In this document: positions 52,834 to 63,442 of the stretch, in pieces
Position numbering within the stretch: position 1 is the stretch's first letter
How the letters are laid out: every line of letters starts with the position of its first letter
Assembly (NCBI GenBank): GCA_023205875.1
Contig: CP060757.1
Coordinates: 868,001-932,000, forward strand
DNA length: 64,000 bases
Source: Chloropicon primus
Taxonomy: Eukaryota
Direction: 5' to 3'
The notes under the pieces: generated by a model
Databases searched by the model: none
Told to the model about the DNA's origin: nothing
The model's input: only the letters and a program-made list of their open reading frames with translations
Position numbers and translations under genes: made by a program

Positions 52834-53901
52834 ATGAGTGCGATGAGAGGCAAGGTGTTGGCGAACAAGGTGGGAGGGCTTCGGCTGGCGTGCAAGGCGG
52901 GGCGGGCGGCGGTGAGGTCCCGGGGGTTGGAGAGCACGAGGACCACGGCCATGTCGAGGAGGCAGAGGAACGCGGCGCGCGTTTGGGCTGCTGCTTCGGG
53001 GGGCGAGGAGGGCGTGGACATGGAGAACATTGAGGTCGTGGAGGCCGCGGCCGAGGAGGAGGAGCACGGCTCCGCTTCGGACTTGGAGGAGGTTATCTAC
53101 AGCCTGGACAAGAGTGCGAGTGTGGCCTCTCTGATGTCGGTCATCGAGCAGAAGTTCGCGGACCAGCTCGACCCCGCGTTCATGGACGACGGGGTGGACG
53201 GGGAGGACTACGAGAAGCACGCGGAGAACATGAGGAACAAGGTCAAGTCCCTCGGCATGGAGGAGAGGCTTATTGAGGTGAGGAGGGTGACCAAGGTGGT
53301 CAAGGGTGGGAACATCCTGTCCTTCCGCGCCATCGTGGCCGTGGGAAACAAGAAGGGGAAGATTGCCGTCGGCGTGGGCAAGGGCAAGGAGGTCATGCCG
53401 GCGACCACGAAGGCGGTCGCGGAGGCCCTCCGCGACGTGGTGGAGTTCCCGCTCGCGAAGAACGACTCCATCCCCCACACCACGGTGGGCTCGGCGACCT
53501 CCGCGTCCGTCATCCTCAAGCCCGCCGGCGAGGGTACTGGTGTGATCGCCGGCGGGGCGACGAGGACCGTCCTGGAGCTCGCGGGGGTGGAGAACGTTCT
53601 GAGCAAGCAGCTCGGGAGCGACTCCCTGCTCAACAACGCCAGAGCGACCGTGAACGCCCTGGCGAAGCTTAGGAGCCCGGTGCAAGTCGCGCAGCTGAGG
53701 GGGAAGACGGTCAGGCAGCTCTTCGGCTTGGACGACGTGACGAAGAAGGTGGACACGATTGACGTCTCCGCAGAGAGGCTGCAGGAGCTCATCCAGTCCT
53801 GCGACACGAAGACCCAGACCGAGATCGGCGAGGGACTCGAGTTCTTGAAGGAGAAGGGGTTCGAGCCCGAAGCAGCTGAGGCTCAGGTGAACGCAATTTA
53901 G
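52834..53901 (+). CDS. PRPS5: Plastid 30S ribosomal protein uS5
   Basis: Arg/Ala-rich transit peptide, then EVRRVTKVVKGG, LKPAGEGTGVIAGG and LGSDSLLNNARAT. Confidence 0.92.
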   Translation: MSAMRGKVLANKVGGLRLACKAGRAAVRSRGLESTRTTAMSRRQRNAARVWAAASGGEEGVDMENIEVVEAAAEEEEHGSASDLEEVIYSLDKSASVASLMSVIEQKFADQLDPAFMDDGVDGEDYEKHAENMRNKVKSLGMEERLIEVRRVTKVVKGGNILSFRAIVAVGNKKGKIAVGVGKGKEVMPATTKAVAEALRDVVEFPLAKNDSIPHTTVGSATSASVILKPAGEGTGVIAGGATRTVLELAGVENVLSKQLGSDSLLNNARATVNALAKLRSPVQVAQLRGKTVRQLFGLDDVTKKVDTIDVSAERLQELIQSCDTKTQTEIGEGLEFLKEKGFEPEAAEAQVNAI

Positions 53902-53994
53902 AGTTGATGAGAGATTTGCCTCTTTGTAATGTATCGCTTTTTCTGTTAGGAAGCTTTTTCTTCTCTCTCGGGACGTTGGATCGTGAGCTCGTTT

Positions 53995-54028
53995 GTGTGT
54001 GTGTGTGTGTGTGCGCGCGCGCGCGCGT
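53995..54028. repeat. (GT)n(GC)n alternating purine-pyrimidine tract
   Basis: Seen directly between the convergent PRPS5 and ABHD genes. Confidence 0.9.
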
Positions 54029-54139
54029 CGTCCGTGCCCAAGCATCCTATAGTAGTACATTCATCAAAATTAGTACACGAAAACATACGACGCGCGCGCG
54101 TGGTTTATACGCAGAACCCAATGCGAACAAGCAGACACG

Positions 54140-55321
54140 CTACTCCTTCGTCAAAACGTCTTGGGTCATGATCCTCTTGAAGCTCGGTGGGTTGTCCAAG
54201 TAAACGTGGTGGCCTGTGTTGGAAATGATCCTGACCTCCGCGTTCGGCATCGAAGCGACGATGTCCTCGATCGTGGGGTGGAGCATCCAGTCGCGGTCCC
54301 CGAACAAAAATGTCAGGGGGATGTCTCGGGGGAACTTGTTGATCAAGTCTTGGGCCAAGGGCCTGCGAGCGTAGACCCCGGGAAAGTTAGTCTTGAAGAC
54401 GGGAACCAACAAAGCGTTCAGCGCTAACTCGCCGCTCGGCCTGCCGACGTTGATGTGGTAAAGGTAATCGGACACAATCTTGACTTCCTCCTCGCTCATC
54501 CCTTTCAGGCGCGCCTTGACGATTTTGGTGACGAGCTCCGGCCCCCAAGGCCCGGCGATGCGGGCGACGCTCTGGGGCGTGAGGTTCATGCTCCAAAATA
54601 ATCCAACCAGACTCGTGAACAACCTGTTCCTCTTGACAAAATCAGGCATGCTGTTCTCGTTCTCCTCTGGCTCGGGCACCCCGACGGGGGACAGGAGAAC
54701 CAATCTCTCGACCCTCTCAGGGTAAGCCAGTGCGTACCTGGTGCTGAGGTACCCCCCCAGGGAATGGCCAACCAGTTGGAGCTTTGCGATCTTCATCTCC
54801 TCCCTCCACTTTTCGAGAGACTCCACAAAGAAGTCGATGCACTCGTCGCTCACCTCCTCCTTCTCCCTTCGATTAAGCGAGAACAAGGACCTCTGGGGGT
54901 AGCCGCGGCCCGACATGAGGCCGGAGGAGGGTCGAGACGAGCGGCCCATCCCCAACCAATCGATCGCGAAGACGTCCTCGAACCCCTTGCGGCTGAGCTC
55001 TTGAAGGACGTGGTAGAACATCCCAGATCCCCCGCCGAACCCGTGCGTGAACAGGATGGCCGATCGAATCGGCTTCTCCCCCCCCTCCTCCTTCTTCCGA
55101 AGGCTGTACGTGTGGATGTACTGGACGCCATAGTTTTCTAGCTCGATGTAAACTCTGCTCGACTTGAACTTGTCCAGAAACCTTTCCAGCAAACGCTGCT
55201 CCGCATCAAAAGCCTTTGTCGAGGAGGTCCTTACCCACAACCGCGCAAGGTAGGAAAGCTCCTCCCCCTTCTGGTTCTTCGTTCCCAGCAGGGCCCCGTT
55301 CACCAGAGTCTTCCATAGCAT
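54140..55321 (-). CDS. ABHD4/ABHD5 (CGI-58/Cld1)-like alpha/beta hydrolase
   Basis: Motifs HGFGGG, DWLGMGRSSRP, GHSLGGYL, FGDRDWM and the acyltransferase motif HHVYLD. Confidence 0.9.
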   Translation of the reverse strand: MLWKTLVNGALLGTKNQKGEELSYLARLWVRTSSTKAFDAEQRLLERFLDKFKSSRVYIELENYGVQYIHTYSLRKKEEGGEKPIRSAILFTHGFGGGSGMFYHVLQELSRKGFEDVFAIDWLGMGRSSRPSSGLMSGRGYPQRSLFSLNRREKEEVSDECIDFFVESLEKWREEMKIAKLQLVGHSLGGYLSTRYALAYPERVERLVLLSPVGVPEPEENENSMPDFVKRNRLFTSLVGLFWSMNLTPQSVARIAGPWGPELVTKIVKARLKGMSEEEVKIVSDYLYHINVGRPSGELALNALLVPVFKTNFPGVYARRPLAQDLINKFPRDIPLTFLFGDRDWMLHPTIEDIVASMPNAEVRIISNTGHHVYLDNPPSFKRIMTQDVLTKE

Positions 55322-55454
55322 ACTCGACGCTCAGCGCAAGCAAAAACTTGTGGTCTCTCCACCCGCCCACGTGCCCTTGAGGGCGAGGCGAGAGGGCGAC
55401 GGGGTGGGTTGATTGGTTTCTGGTTCTGGGAGAGGGGAGAGAGGTTCACTGGGA

Positions 55455-56090
55455 ATGGGGAAAAACGTCGTTGCCCTCAAGGAATGGCATCTCGCCGTTT
55501 CTGCGCTGGAGCACGGGCGCCAAACCGTTATTTTCAGAAAGGGCGGGATCAGGGAGCCCGTCTTCAAGGCGAGGTCGAACGAGTTGTTCCTCTTCCCAAC
55601 CTCGTTTCACGCTTCCTTGGATCTCATCAAGGAGGAGGCGCGGCCGCTTTCGGCGAAAGCCGTGGACTGGGAGCCCGGGCCCACGCTCGAGATGAACAGC
55701 TTCGCTCTCGTGACAGGTTCCTGGGCGACCAAGGAGGGGCCATCAGCACTCGAGGCGCTGGATGACTTTCACGCGTACACCGAGGAGTTTGGGGCTCAGA
55801 GGCTGACTTGGAACGAGAAAAGGGTCTGCACGATTCTCGAGCTGCAGACGTTCAACCTTGAGGAACCCATTCTTTTCCCCAGCAAAGAGGATTACTTCGG
55901 GTGCTTCTCTTTCATCGACGTGGCTGTCGACGCTGACCTGGACGGGTTGATGGAGAGGGCGACCCCGGCGGTCCCGCCGAGCGAGTTCGAGGAGAAGCGA
56001 AAGGCGCTTCGAGAGGCCCTCACGCGAAAAGTGTGCCCCGATCTCGTTACCGTCCAGGTGCCGATGCGTGCGGACAGGAAGCAAAGATGA
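55455..56090 (+). CDS. DUF1802 family protein
   Basis: ALKEW...ALEHGRQTVIFRKGGIRE...FLFPTSFH...YFGCFSF matches the DUF1802 signature as I recall it. Confidence 0.75.
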   Translation: MGKNVVALKEWHLAVSALEHGRQTVIFRKGGIREPVFKARSNELFLFPTSFHASLDLIKEEARPLSAKAVDWEPGPTLEMNSFALVTGSWATKEGPSALEALDDFHAYTEEFGAQRLTWNEKRVCTILELQTFNLEEPILFPSKEDYFGCFSFIDVAVDADLDGLMERATPAVPPSEFEEKRKALREALTRKVCPDLVTVQVPMRADRKQR

Positions 56091-56179
56091 TGTACAATAT
56101 AAATAGAAGGCCTGGTAAAATTTTGGTTTGTTTTAATATTAAATATTTTATACAATTAGCCGACCGTGCCGTCCCCCCC

Positions 56180-57466
56180 CTACCCCCCTTCTTGCTTTTC
56201 CTGCCTGAAAAAGAAACCCTTTTTCTGATTGGATTTTGGGTCCATGCCCAGCTGCTGCTGGAAGCGGGCAAGGGCACAAAGCCTCTCGAGGGATACGGCG
56301 TCCTCCATGGTCATACCCCGCGTTGCTTGGTTCCTCCTAAGCTCTTCCACGGCCCCAATGAAGCTGCCCATGAACTCCCCCTCGACCCGGAGCTGAAGCA
56401 GCTTCTGCTGGAGGAGCCCCCTTGCCTTGGCCACGACCTCGTGCTTCCTCTGGTACGACGACGTGCCCTCCAACGCGAGGTTCGACTGGAGGAGTAGGTT
56501 CCGAGTCCTGTCCTCGCTGCCCTCCTCGCCGTCCAGGAGGCGTGCCAGGGTTTCCTTGGGGATCCAACACATCGAAAGGGAATTCAGCTTGCCGGAGCAC
56601 GTGATGTCTTTCATCACCCCCCCGGAGCCCTGGCCGTCCGCCTCTCTCCCCGAACCCCTTGACGCAACGTCTTTCCACTGCTGCCCGTATTCCTTCATCC
56701 GCTCGATCCGCTTGTGAAGCAGCTGCCTTTGCTCGAGGAAGTCCTTCATGTCGGCCCGAAGCATGGCCAAGTCGGATTGAGTCATGTCTTCCACGCCGTC
56801 CACCCGCGTCTTGATCTCGTTCGCTCGCTCGGCCAGATCCTCCAGAGCGGAGGCGTGCCCGCCCCCAACCGTGCCGGGCCTCCCCCCCTTCAAGAGCTTC
56901 AGAGCCCTGCCCTTGAAAGAGGAAGCTGCCCCGGCGACGAAGTGGCCGTCCTCCAAAAGCGCCTCCGCGCTGTCGGTCGCAAGCTTTCTCAGTTCCTTCA
57001 CCCTCGGCGGGAGTTTCAGCTCGGGCTTCCTCCTCGGCTTTTGCGCGGGCTTCGGGGTCGGCGCCAGAGGCTCCCCTCTCGCCTCGGCCGCCTTGGCGGG
57101 CTTCTTCCCCCCAGCCCTCGAGGCCGCCTTGGCTTGCAGGGGGTCCACCACCCTCCGCGCTTTGGCCAGGATCTTCTCGATCTCATCGGGGAGCTCGGCA
57201 CCCGCAGGGCTGGCCTCCTCCCTCTTCGGCCGCGGAGCGCACACCTCCGCCGCCGCGGCGGGCCTCTCCCTTCGTCGCAAGAACGCCAAGCAAGCGTCCA
57301 CGTCCCTGTTCACCGTCCCCAAGGCCGAGTTCGCCCCCACCAGGTTACAGTAGGTCTCTCCCAGGTAATCTATCAGCTCGTCCAGGGTTTTGGACAGCCT
57401 CTCCTCCACTGGCTCGAGCATCCTGCCACCTTCCGCACTCCCTTCCCGCGCGTCGTCCCTCACCAT
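56180..57466 (-). CDS. Hypothetical helical protein (weak TEDC2-like resemblance)
   Basis: 428 aa ORF with typical high GC3. [12 protein letters not shown], a Pro/Lys linker and a helical C-terminus are only suggestive. Confidence 0.6.
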   Translation of the reverse strand: MVRDDAREGSAEGGRMLEPVEERLSKTLDELIDYLGETYCNLVGANSALGTVNRDVDACLAFLRRRERPAAAAEVCAPRPKREEASPAGAELPDEIEKILAKARRVVDPLQAKAASRAGGKKPAKAAEARGEPLAPTPKPAQKPRRKPELKLPPRVKELRKLATDSAEALLEDGHFVAGAASSFKGRALKLLKGGRPGTVGGGHASALEDLAERANEIKTRVDGVEDMTQSDLAMLRADMKDFLEQRQLLHKRIERMKEYGQQWKDVASRGSGREADGQGSGGVMKDITCSGKLNSLSMCWIPKETLARLLDGEEGSEDRTRNLLLQSNLALEGTSSYQRKHEVVAKARGLLQQKLLQLRVEGEFMGSFIGAVEELRRNQATRGMTMEDAVSLERLCALARFQQQLGMDPKSNQKKGFFFRQEKQEGG

Positions 57467-57602
57467 GGCTCTCTCTCACCTCCTCCTCTACATCCCCTCT
57501 CTTCTTTCACCTGTCGCCCTCTATCTCTCTTCCCGCCATTTTCCCCCCTCCTTTTGCCGGGGCAGGGCCAAGGTCCAAGTTGAGTTGTCAAACGAAGCGA
57601 CG

Positions 57603-60089
57603 ATGGTGCTCGAGCTGTGGAGGGACTGGTGCGACGGAAGCGACGAAGAAAGCGACAGCACGGGACTTGAGGAGGTCGACGAGGCGGAGTACTCGTACAT
57701 GGCGGAGTTCGAGGGGGGTGGCGGAGGGGCGTGCGGGAGGGCGTGTGATTGCGATGGTGGGGGTGGTGGGGTGGGGGGTGTGGACGAGGACGAGGACGGT
57801 CGCCCCTCGAGGAGGCAGTTCTCCACCCCGCCGTGCCTCAAGTGCGGGAACGCCCCCGCCCAGTTCATCGCGCGCCAACGAGAGCCCCTGTGCAGGACCT
57901 GCGCGGAAGATTCTATTTCGAACAAGGTGAAAACAACCATCGTGAGGCCGGGGCAGAAGGGGGCCTTCCTTCTGGGCGCGGACGACACGCTCGCAATCGC
58001 CTGCTCCGGTGGGTTCAATTCCATGGGTCTGATTGAGATCATCAGGGATCTGGCCGACTTGGAGTCGCAGAGGCGCCGCCCTCGGTTCGGGCGAGGGATG
58101 AAAGTTATACACGTCGTCACAGAATCCGAGGAGGACTCGAGGATCAGGCGGAGCCTCGCCGCGATCGATGCGTCGATAGAGTACGTCGCCGTGCCGCTGA
58201 GCCTGGTCGAGTCGAGCGACGAGAACCTTGCCCACTTTCTTGCGAGCGGAAGCCTCCAGCCTGGCTCCTCCTCGGCGACCAGCCTGGCCCCCTCGTCGAG
58301 CTCGAAGGCCTCGAAGCACCTGCTGAAGAAGCTCCTCGTCAAGCTCTTGTGCCTCAGGGTCGCCAAGGCCCTCGGCTGCACCAAGCTCGCTTTCGGGTAC
58401 AACGCCACGTACTTTGCGATGCACTCCCTCGCCTCGATCTTGAGGGGCTCCGGGTTTGCGCTGCCGGCCGAGTTGCAGTACACGGACTCGAGGTCTGCGT
58501 CCTGGGGCTTCCCGGACATCATCCACCCCCTGAGGGACTGCGTCTCCAAGGAGCTCCTTCTCCTGTGCTACTTGCGTAACATAGACTTCGTGGCCTCAGA
58601 GAGCGACATCGTGGGAGACAGGACGGATGTGAAATCCCTTTGCAAGGACTTTGTGTTCTCTGCCCAGGATAGGTTGCCGAGCACCGTGCTGACGGTCACG
58701 AAAACGGTCTCCAAGCTAGATTACGGCGGGATCAGGGAGGAGGATGTCAAAGTCCTGGACAGTGGCGGGAGAATCAAGCAAGAAAAGATGTGCCGCCTCT
58801 GCCTGTCGCCGATGTGCACCTCCTCCAAGGCCTTTGCGCTCTCTCAGCAGCAGCAGCGACAGAGGGCTGCCACGGGTGACCACGAGGAGCTCGAGGAGAG
58901 TTTCTGCTATTCTTGCTGCTCGCTGTTCGGGAAAAACAACGAGAATTTGAAGCTCTGGCCCGTTGGAAACGAGCGAGCCTCCGTCGGGGAATACCTCACT
59001 GCCAACAGCAGCGGCGGCGTGACTGATGTTATCGAGGAGATCAGACTCGTGCCTCTCGAGGAGGGCAGGAGTGTCCAGGTGGATCCACCCGCTTCGCTGG
59101 CGAGGGCCAGGCATGGAATGACCTGCGCTTACTGCAGGACAAACCGAGCCATGCTGAAGAGGCCCAAGACGAAGGAGAACGTGTGCAAGGAGTGTTTCTA
59201 CGAGGCTTTCGAGGAGGAGATCCACCAGACCATCATGAAGGAGAAGCTCTTCAACAGAGGCGATAGGGTCGCCATCGGCGCCTCGGGGGGGAAGGATTCT
59301 ACCGTTTTGATCCACGTGCTCAAGACGTTGAATGAGAGGTACGACTACGGGCTTGAGCTCTTCTTGCTTTCCGTGGACGAGGGCATCAGAGGCTACAGGG
59401 ATGATTCCCTCGAAACCGTTGCAAGGAATGAGCAGCAGTATGGCATACCGCTGGAAGTGGTTTCGTACAAGGACCTTTACGGGTACTCCATGGACGACAT
59501 CGTCGCAAAGGTGGGTCTGAAGAACAATTGCACGTTCTGCGGGGTTTTCCGAAGGCAGGCCCTTGACAGGGGTGCCGTGCTTCTCAACGCGAACAAGATA
59601 GTCACGGGCCACAACGCGGATGACATCGCGGAGACAGTGTTTCTCAATGTTCTTCGGGGGGACTTCCCGAGGTTGACCCGCTGTACAAACAGTATCACTG
59701 GGGAGGATAGCGCTCTGCCTCGGTGCAAGCCCTTCAAGTACACCTACGAGAAGGAAATCGTCATGTACGCCTTCCACAAGAAACTGGATTACTTTGCTAC
59801 GGAGTGCACCTACTCCCCCCAGGCGTACAGGGGCGTGGCGAGAGAATTCATCAAGGACGTGGAGATCATTGAGCCCGTGTGCATCTTGAACACGATCATC
59901 TCGGGGGATGAAATGAAGCTGGGAGCAAACTCTAGTTCAGGGAGGCCTCTGCAAGTGCAAGGGGAGTGCGCCAAGTGCGGTTACATGACCAGCCAAAGGA
60001 TCTGCAAAGCCTGCGTTCTCCTTGAAGGATTGGACAAGGGAGACGCTAGGTATGGGGTGTCGAGGCAAGCTTGCCGCCCTCTGAGGTAA
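57603..60089 (+). CDS. CTU2-CTU1: Fused cytoplasmic tRNA 2-thiolation protein CTU2(NCS2)-CTU1(NCS6)
   Basis: The N-half has CxxC...CxxC, a degenerate PP-loop (ACSGGFNS), GSGFALP and HPLRD..SKE (CTU2). From ATG 59118: CAYC...[38 protein letters not shown] and CKAC (CTU1). No stop between them. The start is uncertain (57465, 57603 or 57699). Confidence 0.88.
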   Translation: MVLELWRDWCDGSDEESDSTGLEEVDEAEYSYMAEFEGGGGGACGRACDCDGGGGGVGGVDEDEDGRPSRRQFSTPPCLKCGNAPAQFIARQREPLCRTCAEDSISNKVKTTIVRPGQKGAFLLGADDTLAIACSGGFNSMGLIEIIRDLADLESQRRRPRFGRGMKVIHVVTESEEDSRIRRSLAAIDASIEYVAVPLSLVESSDENLAHFLASGSLQPGSSSATSLAPSSSSKASKHLLKKLLVKLLCLRVAKALGCTKLAFGYNATYFAMHSLASILRGSGFALPAELQYTDSRSASWGFPDIIHPLRDCVSKELLLLCYLRNIDFVASESDIVGDRTDVKSLCKDFVFSAQDRLPSTVLTVTKTVSKLDYGGIREEDVKVLDSGGRIKQEKMCRLCLSPMCTSSKAFALSQQQQRQRAATGDHEELEESFCYSCCSLFGKNNENLKLWPVGNERASVGEYLTANSSGGVTDVIEEIRLVPLEEGRSVQVDPPASLARARHGMTCAYCRTNRAMLKRPKTKENVCKECFYEAFEEEIHQTIMKEKLFNRGDRVAIGASGGKDSTVLIHVLKTLNERYDYGLELFLLSVDEGIRGYRDDSLETVARNEQQYGIPLEVVSYKDLYGYSMDDIVAKVGLKNNCTFCGVFRRQALDRGAVLLNANKIVTGHNADDIAETVFLNVLRGDFPRLTRCTNSITGEDSALPRCKPFKYTYEKEIVMYAFHKKLDYFATECTYSPQAYRGVAREFIKDVEIIEPVCILNTIISGDEMKLGANSSSGRPLQVQGECAKCGYMTSQRICKACVLLEGLDKGDARYGVSRQACRPLR

Positions 60090-60202
60090 TCAGAGCAGGA
60101 CGTAAACATTTCTCTCGGATTGTTCGCCGATCGTTTTTCACAAACAATTAATTTATACTTTTATACTTTTGTTATACAAGCAGGGCCCTTGCGCCACAGT
60201 CG

Positions 60203-61726
60203 CTAAAAGTCGAGCATCATCGGTGTCGGCGCTTCATTCTTCTTCTGAGATCGATCATGGAACTCCGTGTACAGCACTTCGTTCGCTTTGGGGGTCTTGA
60301 AACCGCCCAACCATTCTTCGATCTGACTCGTGTTCGGGTTGCCTCTCGGGTGCCTCCGGGCCACTTCACTGTCGTGGTACAATTGCTCGAGCTGCCTCAG
60401 AATTTCCTTCCTGTCTATCACTCTCCTTCCCATTTCGTCCACCTGGTCGTCGTCTTTCATCTGCCCGCCCCCGTTGAGGCAGCCCGAGGGGCACGCCATA
60501 ATCTCCACAAAGTGGTAGGTCATCTTCTTCTGCTTGATCCTCCTGATGATGTTCTGGATGTTCCTGAAGCCGTAAGCCAGGGCAAAGTGCAGGATGACGC
60601 GGCCATCTTCGCCCTGCAAACTGATTTCCTGAAAGTCTTGGTTTCTGATCACTTTCAACGGCAGCGGCTTGTCTGGCTCGAACACTGCCTGGCCTCTCAG
60701 CCTCCCGACGCACTCCCTGAAGACGAACTCCAGGTAGCCTCCCGACGACCCGAAGTTCGAGAACTGCGCTTGCTGTGTGCCCGGACCCTGCAGGATGTCG
60801 TCGAAGGGCAAGGCGGGGCAGGTCTGCTCGGCAAAGGATTTCATCTTCAGCAGATTGTGAAACTCAGTCGTGGCCAGCACGCAGTCCAAGTCTGCGAATT
60901 CCCCAGACTTCAAGTCCTCCCTCAACGCCTCCAGCTTCTTGTCGAAGCACGGGGAGATGAAGCAGTGGTAGATCGACCCGGCGTCCACGCCCAACTTGGA
61001 CGGCAGGAGCTTCTTTGTCAGACTTCCCAGCGTGGCTATTGCGCTCCTCGCCTTGCTCATGTAGGGCAGGACGACCTCCCCGTGCGTCTTCTCGGCGTAC
61101 AGGACCCAGCCCGGGCACTCCGACGTCAGGAGTGGGAGGGAAAACCCTTGCCCGACCCCCCCCCTCCCGCTGGTGTACTTGTCCCAGAACTCCTCCAGGG
61201 TCGCCAGGAGGGCCACGTCGCGCCCTGTGTTGTCCTCGAGGACGAAGTCCGCTCCCAGTGACTTGAGGAACCCCGTCAGCCTCATCGTCATCTCCAGGGG
61301 GCTCAGGCCGTAGTGCGAGGCGAGGGACGTCCGGCTCGCTTGGCTTATGGTCACAACGACCACCCTGTCGCTCTCCGCCTTCGCCTCCAGCACCCTAAGA
61401 AACTCCTCCGTGGACTGCTGCTCCAGCAGGACGGTCTCCGCGCTCGTGACGCACCCACTGCATGCCAGACAGTCGTTCAAGCTGATTTTGACGGGATCCT
61501 CCCCCGCTTTCGACCCACCCGGCTTGGCGCCCTTCGGATTCGCCTTCGCCTGCCCCCTCCTCGCTCGGCTCTGGAGGCTCACTTCTCCCGTCTTCGCCTT
61601 CGCCTCGTCCTTTCCCGGCAACTCGGGCGTCCCCACGGCCACCACGCACGCCTGGCTCGGCGCGATGAAGTCGGAAACGTCCGCCAACCGCACCCCTCCG
61701 CTGAAGCTCGTCTCCACCGCCGACAT
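60203..61726 (-). CDS. NAR1: Cytosolic Fe-S cluster assembly factor NAR1/CIAO3
   Basis: Motifs DFIAPSQAC, SLNDCLACSGCVTSAE, SECPGW, PCFDKKLEA, YGFRNIQN and EIMACPSGCLNGGGQ. Confidence 0.95.
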   Translation of the reverse strand: MSAVETSFSGGVRLADVSDFIAPSQACVVAVGTPELPGKDEAKAKTGEVSLQSRARRGQAKANPKGAKPGGSKAGEDPVKISLNDCLACSGCVTSAETVLLEQQSTEEFLRVLEAKAESDRVVVVTISQASRTSLASHYGLSPLEMTMRLTGFLKSLGADFVLEDNTGRDVALLATLEEFWDKYTSGRGGVGQGFSLPLLTSECPGWVLYAEKTHGEVVLPYMSKARSAIATLGSLTKKLLPSKLGVDAGSIYHCFISPCFDKKLEALREDLKSGEFADLDCVLATTEFHNLLKMKSFAEQTCPALPFDDILQGPGTQQAQFSNFGSSGGYLEFVFRECVGRLRGQAVFEPDKPLPLKVIRNQDFQEISLQGEDGRVILHFALAYGFRNIQNIIRRIKQKKMTYHFVEIMACPSGCLNGGGQMKDDDQVDEMGRRVIDRKEILRQLEQLYHDSEVARRHPRGNPNTSQIEEWLGGFKTPKANEVLYTEFHDRSQKKNEAPTPMMLDF

Positions 61727-61804
61727 GTCCCCTTTCCTGTCTCTCCAAGCGCCAAGCAGCCCTCGCTCGATCTCGATCTGCAGTTTGTGGAGTGAGTGAG
61801 GAAG

Positions 61805-63307
61805 ATGAAGCAAGGGAGGGGTGGTAACGCGGTGGCTTGCTCGTCCACGGCGTGTTCCCCTTCTTCAGGAAGGTGGAGGAGGGGTGGTAGCGCGGTGGCT
61901 TCTGCCTTGAAAAAGGGCGATGAAAGTGGTCTCGACCTTCGATTCAAGGAGCGTGTGAAGGGGATACCCCCGACGGAGGATGCCGTGTATCCGGCAGGGG
62001 ACATGTGCTCGAGATGCGGCCTGTGTGACACGTACTACGTGGCGAAGGTGAAGGAGGCTTGCGGCTTCATCGGGGACGGGATGTCGCGGATCGACCAGCT
62101 CGAGGAACAGGTGCACGGCAGGCAGAGGGACCTCGGGGAGGCGGATGAAGTCACCTTTGGGGTGCACGAGCACATGTCGTTCTGCAAGCTCACGCCTGGC
62201 GTGGAGGGCGCGCAGTGGACCGGCGTCGTCACGACCATCGCCGTCGAGATGTTGAGGGCCGGCATGGTCGAGGCGGTAGTGTGCGTCCAAAGCGACCCCG
62301 AAGACGAGTTGAAGCCGAAGCCATGCATCGCGATGACGGAAGAGGAGGTGATTGAGGCAAGGGGGGTGAAGCCTTCGCTCTCCCCGAACCTTGAGGTTCT
62401 GGCGGAGGTGGAGGCGCGTGGCATCAAGAAGCTCCTCTTCATCGGGGTGGGCTGCCAGGTCCAAGCCCTGAGGAGTGTCGAAAAGTACCTTGGCTTGGAC
62501 GAACTCTATGTGGTGGGCACCAACTGCACGGACAATGGCCCGAGGGAGGGCCTCGAGAAGTTCCTCCAAGTCACGAGCGCGAACCCGGATCAGGTCAAGC
62601 ACTACGAGTTCATGCAAGATTACCGCGTCCATATGATGTACAAGGACGGAGTGACTGTTGAGAAGGTGCCGTACTTTTGCCTCCCCGCGGACCAGCTCAC
62701 CGACGTCATAGCGACGTCCTGCTACTCGTGCTTTGACTACGTGAACTCCCTCGCCGACGTCGTGGTGGGCTACATGGGCGTCCCTTTCGAGGGGCCGGAC
62801 GTTCCCATGACCAAGCACTTCCAGTACGCGACGATCCGCAATGAGAAAGGCAGGGAAATCTGGGACCTTCTTCGAGGGACGGAGAGGTTGGTGGAGGAGC
62901 CCACCACCAGAGAGGGCGCGCGCCAGGACTTTGTGAAGCAGACCCTGGTGACGGACGACGACGTTCAACTGGGTCGGGCGAAGAGCAATCCGCTGCCGTT
63001 GTGGATCGGAAACATCCTGGCGGATGTCCTGGAGAAGATTGGACCAAAGGGACTCGAGTTCGCCGCCTACAGCCTGGACTACCACGTGCTGAGGAACTAC
63101 TTGCTGGTGTACAGGAGGCTGGGGAGGGAGAAAGCGTGGAGGCACCTGCCAGCCTACGCGAAGAAGATCATCGAGAGCGAGGATTACGAGGCCATCGTCG
63201 CCAAGCAGATTGCAAAGGGAGAAAAGGGGGAAGACTGGGATCTTCTCGATGAGATGGTGTCTGCGTTGCCGGGTGAGATCAGGGACCTTGTGAACAAGGT
63301 CCGCTGA
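61805..63307 (+). CDS. HCAR: 7-hydroxymethyl chlorophyll a reductase
   Basis: Transit peptide, then CSRCGLCDTYY..VKEAC, GAQWTG, GVGCQVQALR, GTNCTDNG and SCYSCFDY (FrhB-like fold). Confidence 0.92.
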   Translation: MKQGRGGNAVACSSTACSPSSGRWRRGGSAVASALKKGDESGLDLRFKERVKGIPPTEDAVYPAGDMCSRCGLCDTYYVAKVKEACGFIGDGMSRIDQLEEQVHGRQRDLGEADEVTFGVHEHMSFCKLTPGVEGAQWTGVVTTIAVEMLRAGMVEAVVCVQSDPEDELKPKPCIAMTEEEVIEARGVKPSLSPNLEVLAEVEARGIKKLLFIGVGCQVQALRSVEKYLGLDELYVVGTNCTDNGPREGLEKFLQVTSANPDQVKHYEFMQDYRVHMMYKDGVTVEKVPYFCLPADQLTDVIATSCYSCFDYVNSLADVVVGYMGVPFEGPDVPMTKHFQYATIRNEKGREIWDLLRGTERLVEEPTTREGARQDFVKQTLVTDDDVQLGRAKSNPLPLWIGNILADVLEKIGPKGLEFAAYSLDYHVLRNYLLVYRRLGREKAWRHLPAYAKKIIESEDYEAIVAKQIAKGEKGEDWDLLDEMVSALPGEIRDLVNKVR

Positions 63308-63442
63308 TGGTGGTAGGCAACAAGGCGTGCAAGGCTCTCCTCCCTCTGAAAGCTAATAGATGGTATGTTTAGTTGTACAAAAGACGTTTAGATATCTTAT
63401 GATAGATTGTGCTATTCTTACACGCAACGGACTTGGATCCCG

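Noticed and set aside
60203..61726. [FeFe]-hydrogenase
   Set aside because: The N-terminal DFIAPSQAC, SECPGW (not TSCCPGW) and lack of a transit peptide fit NAR1.
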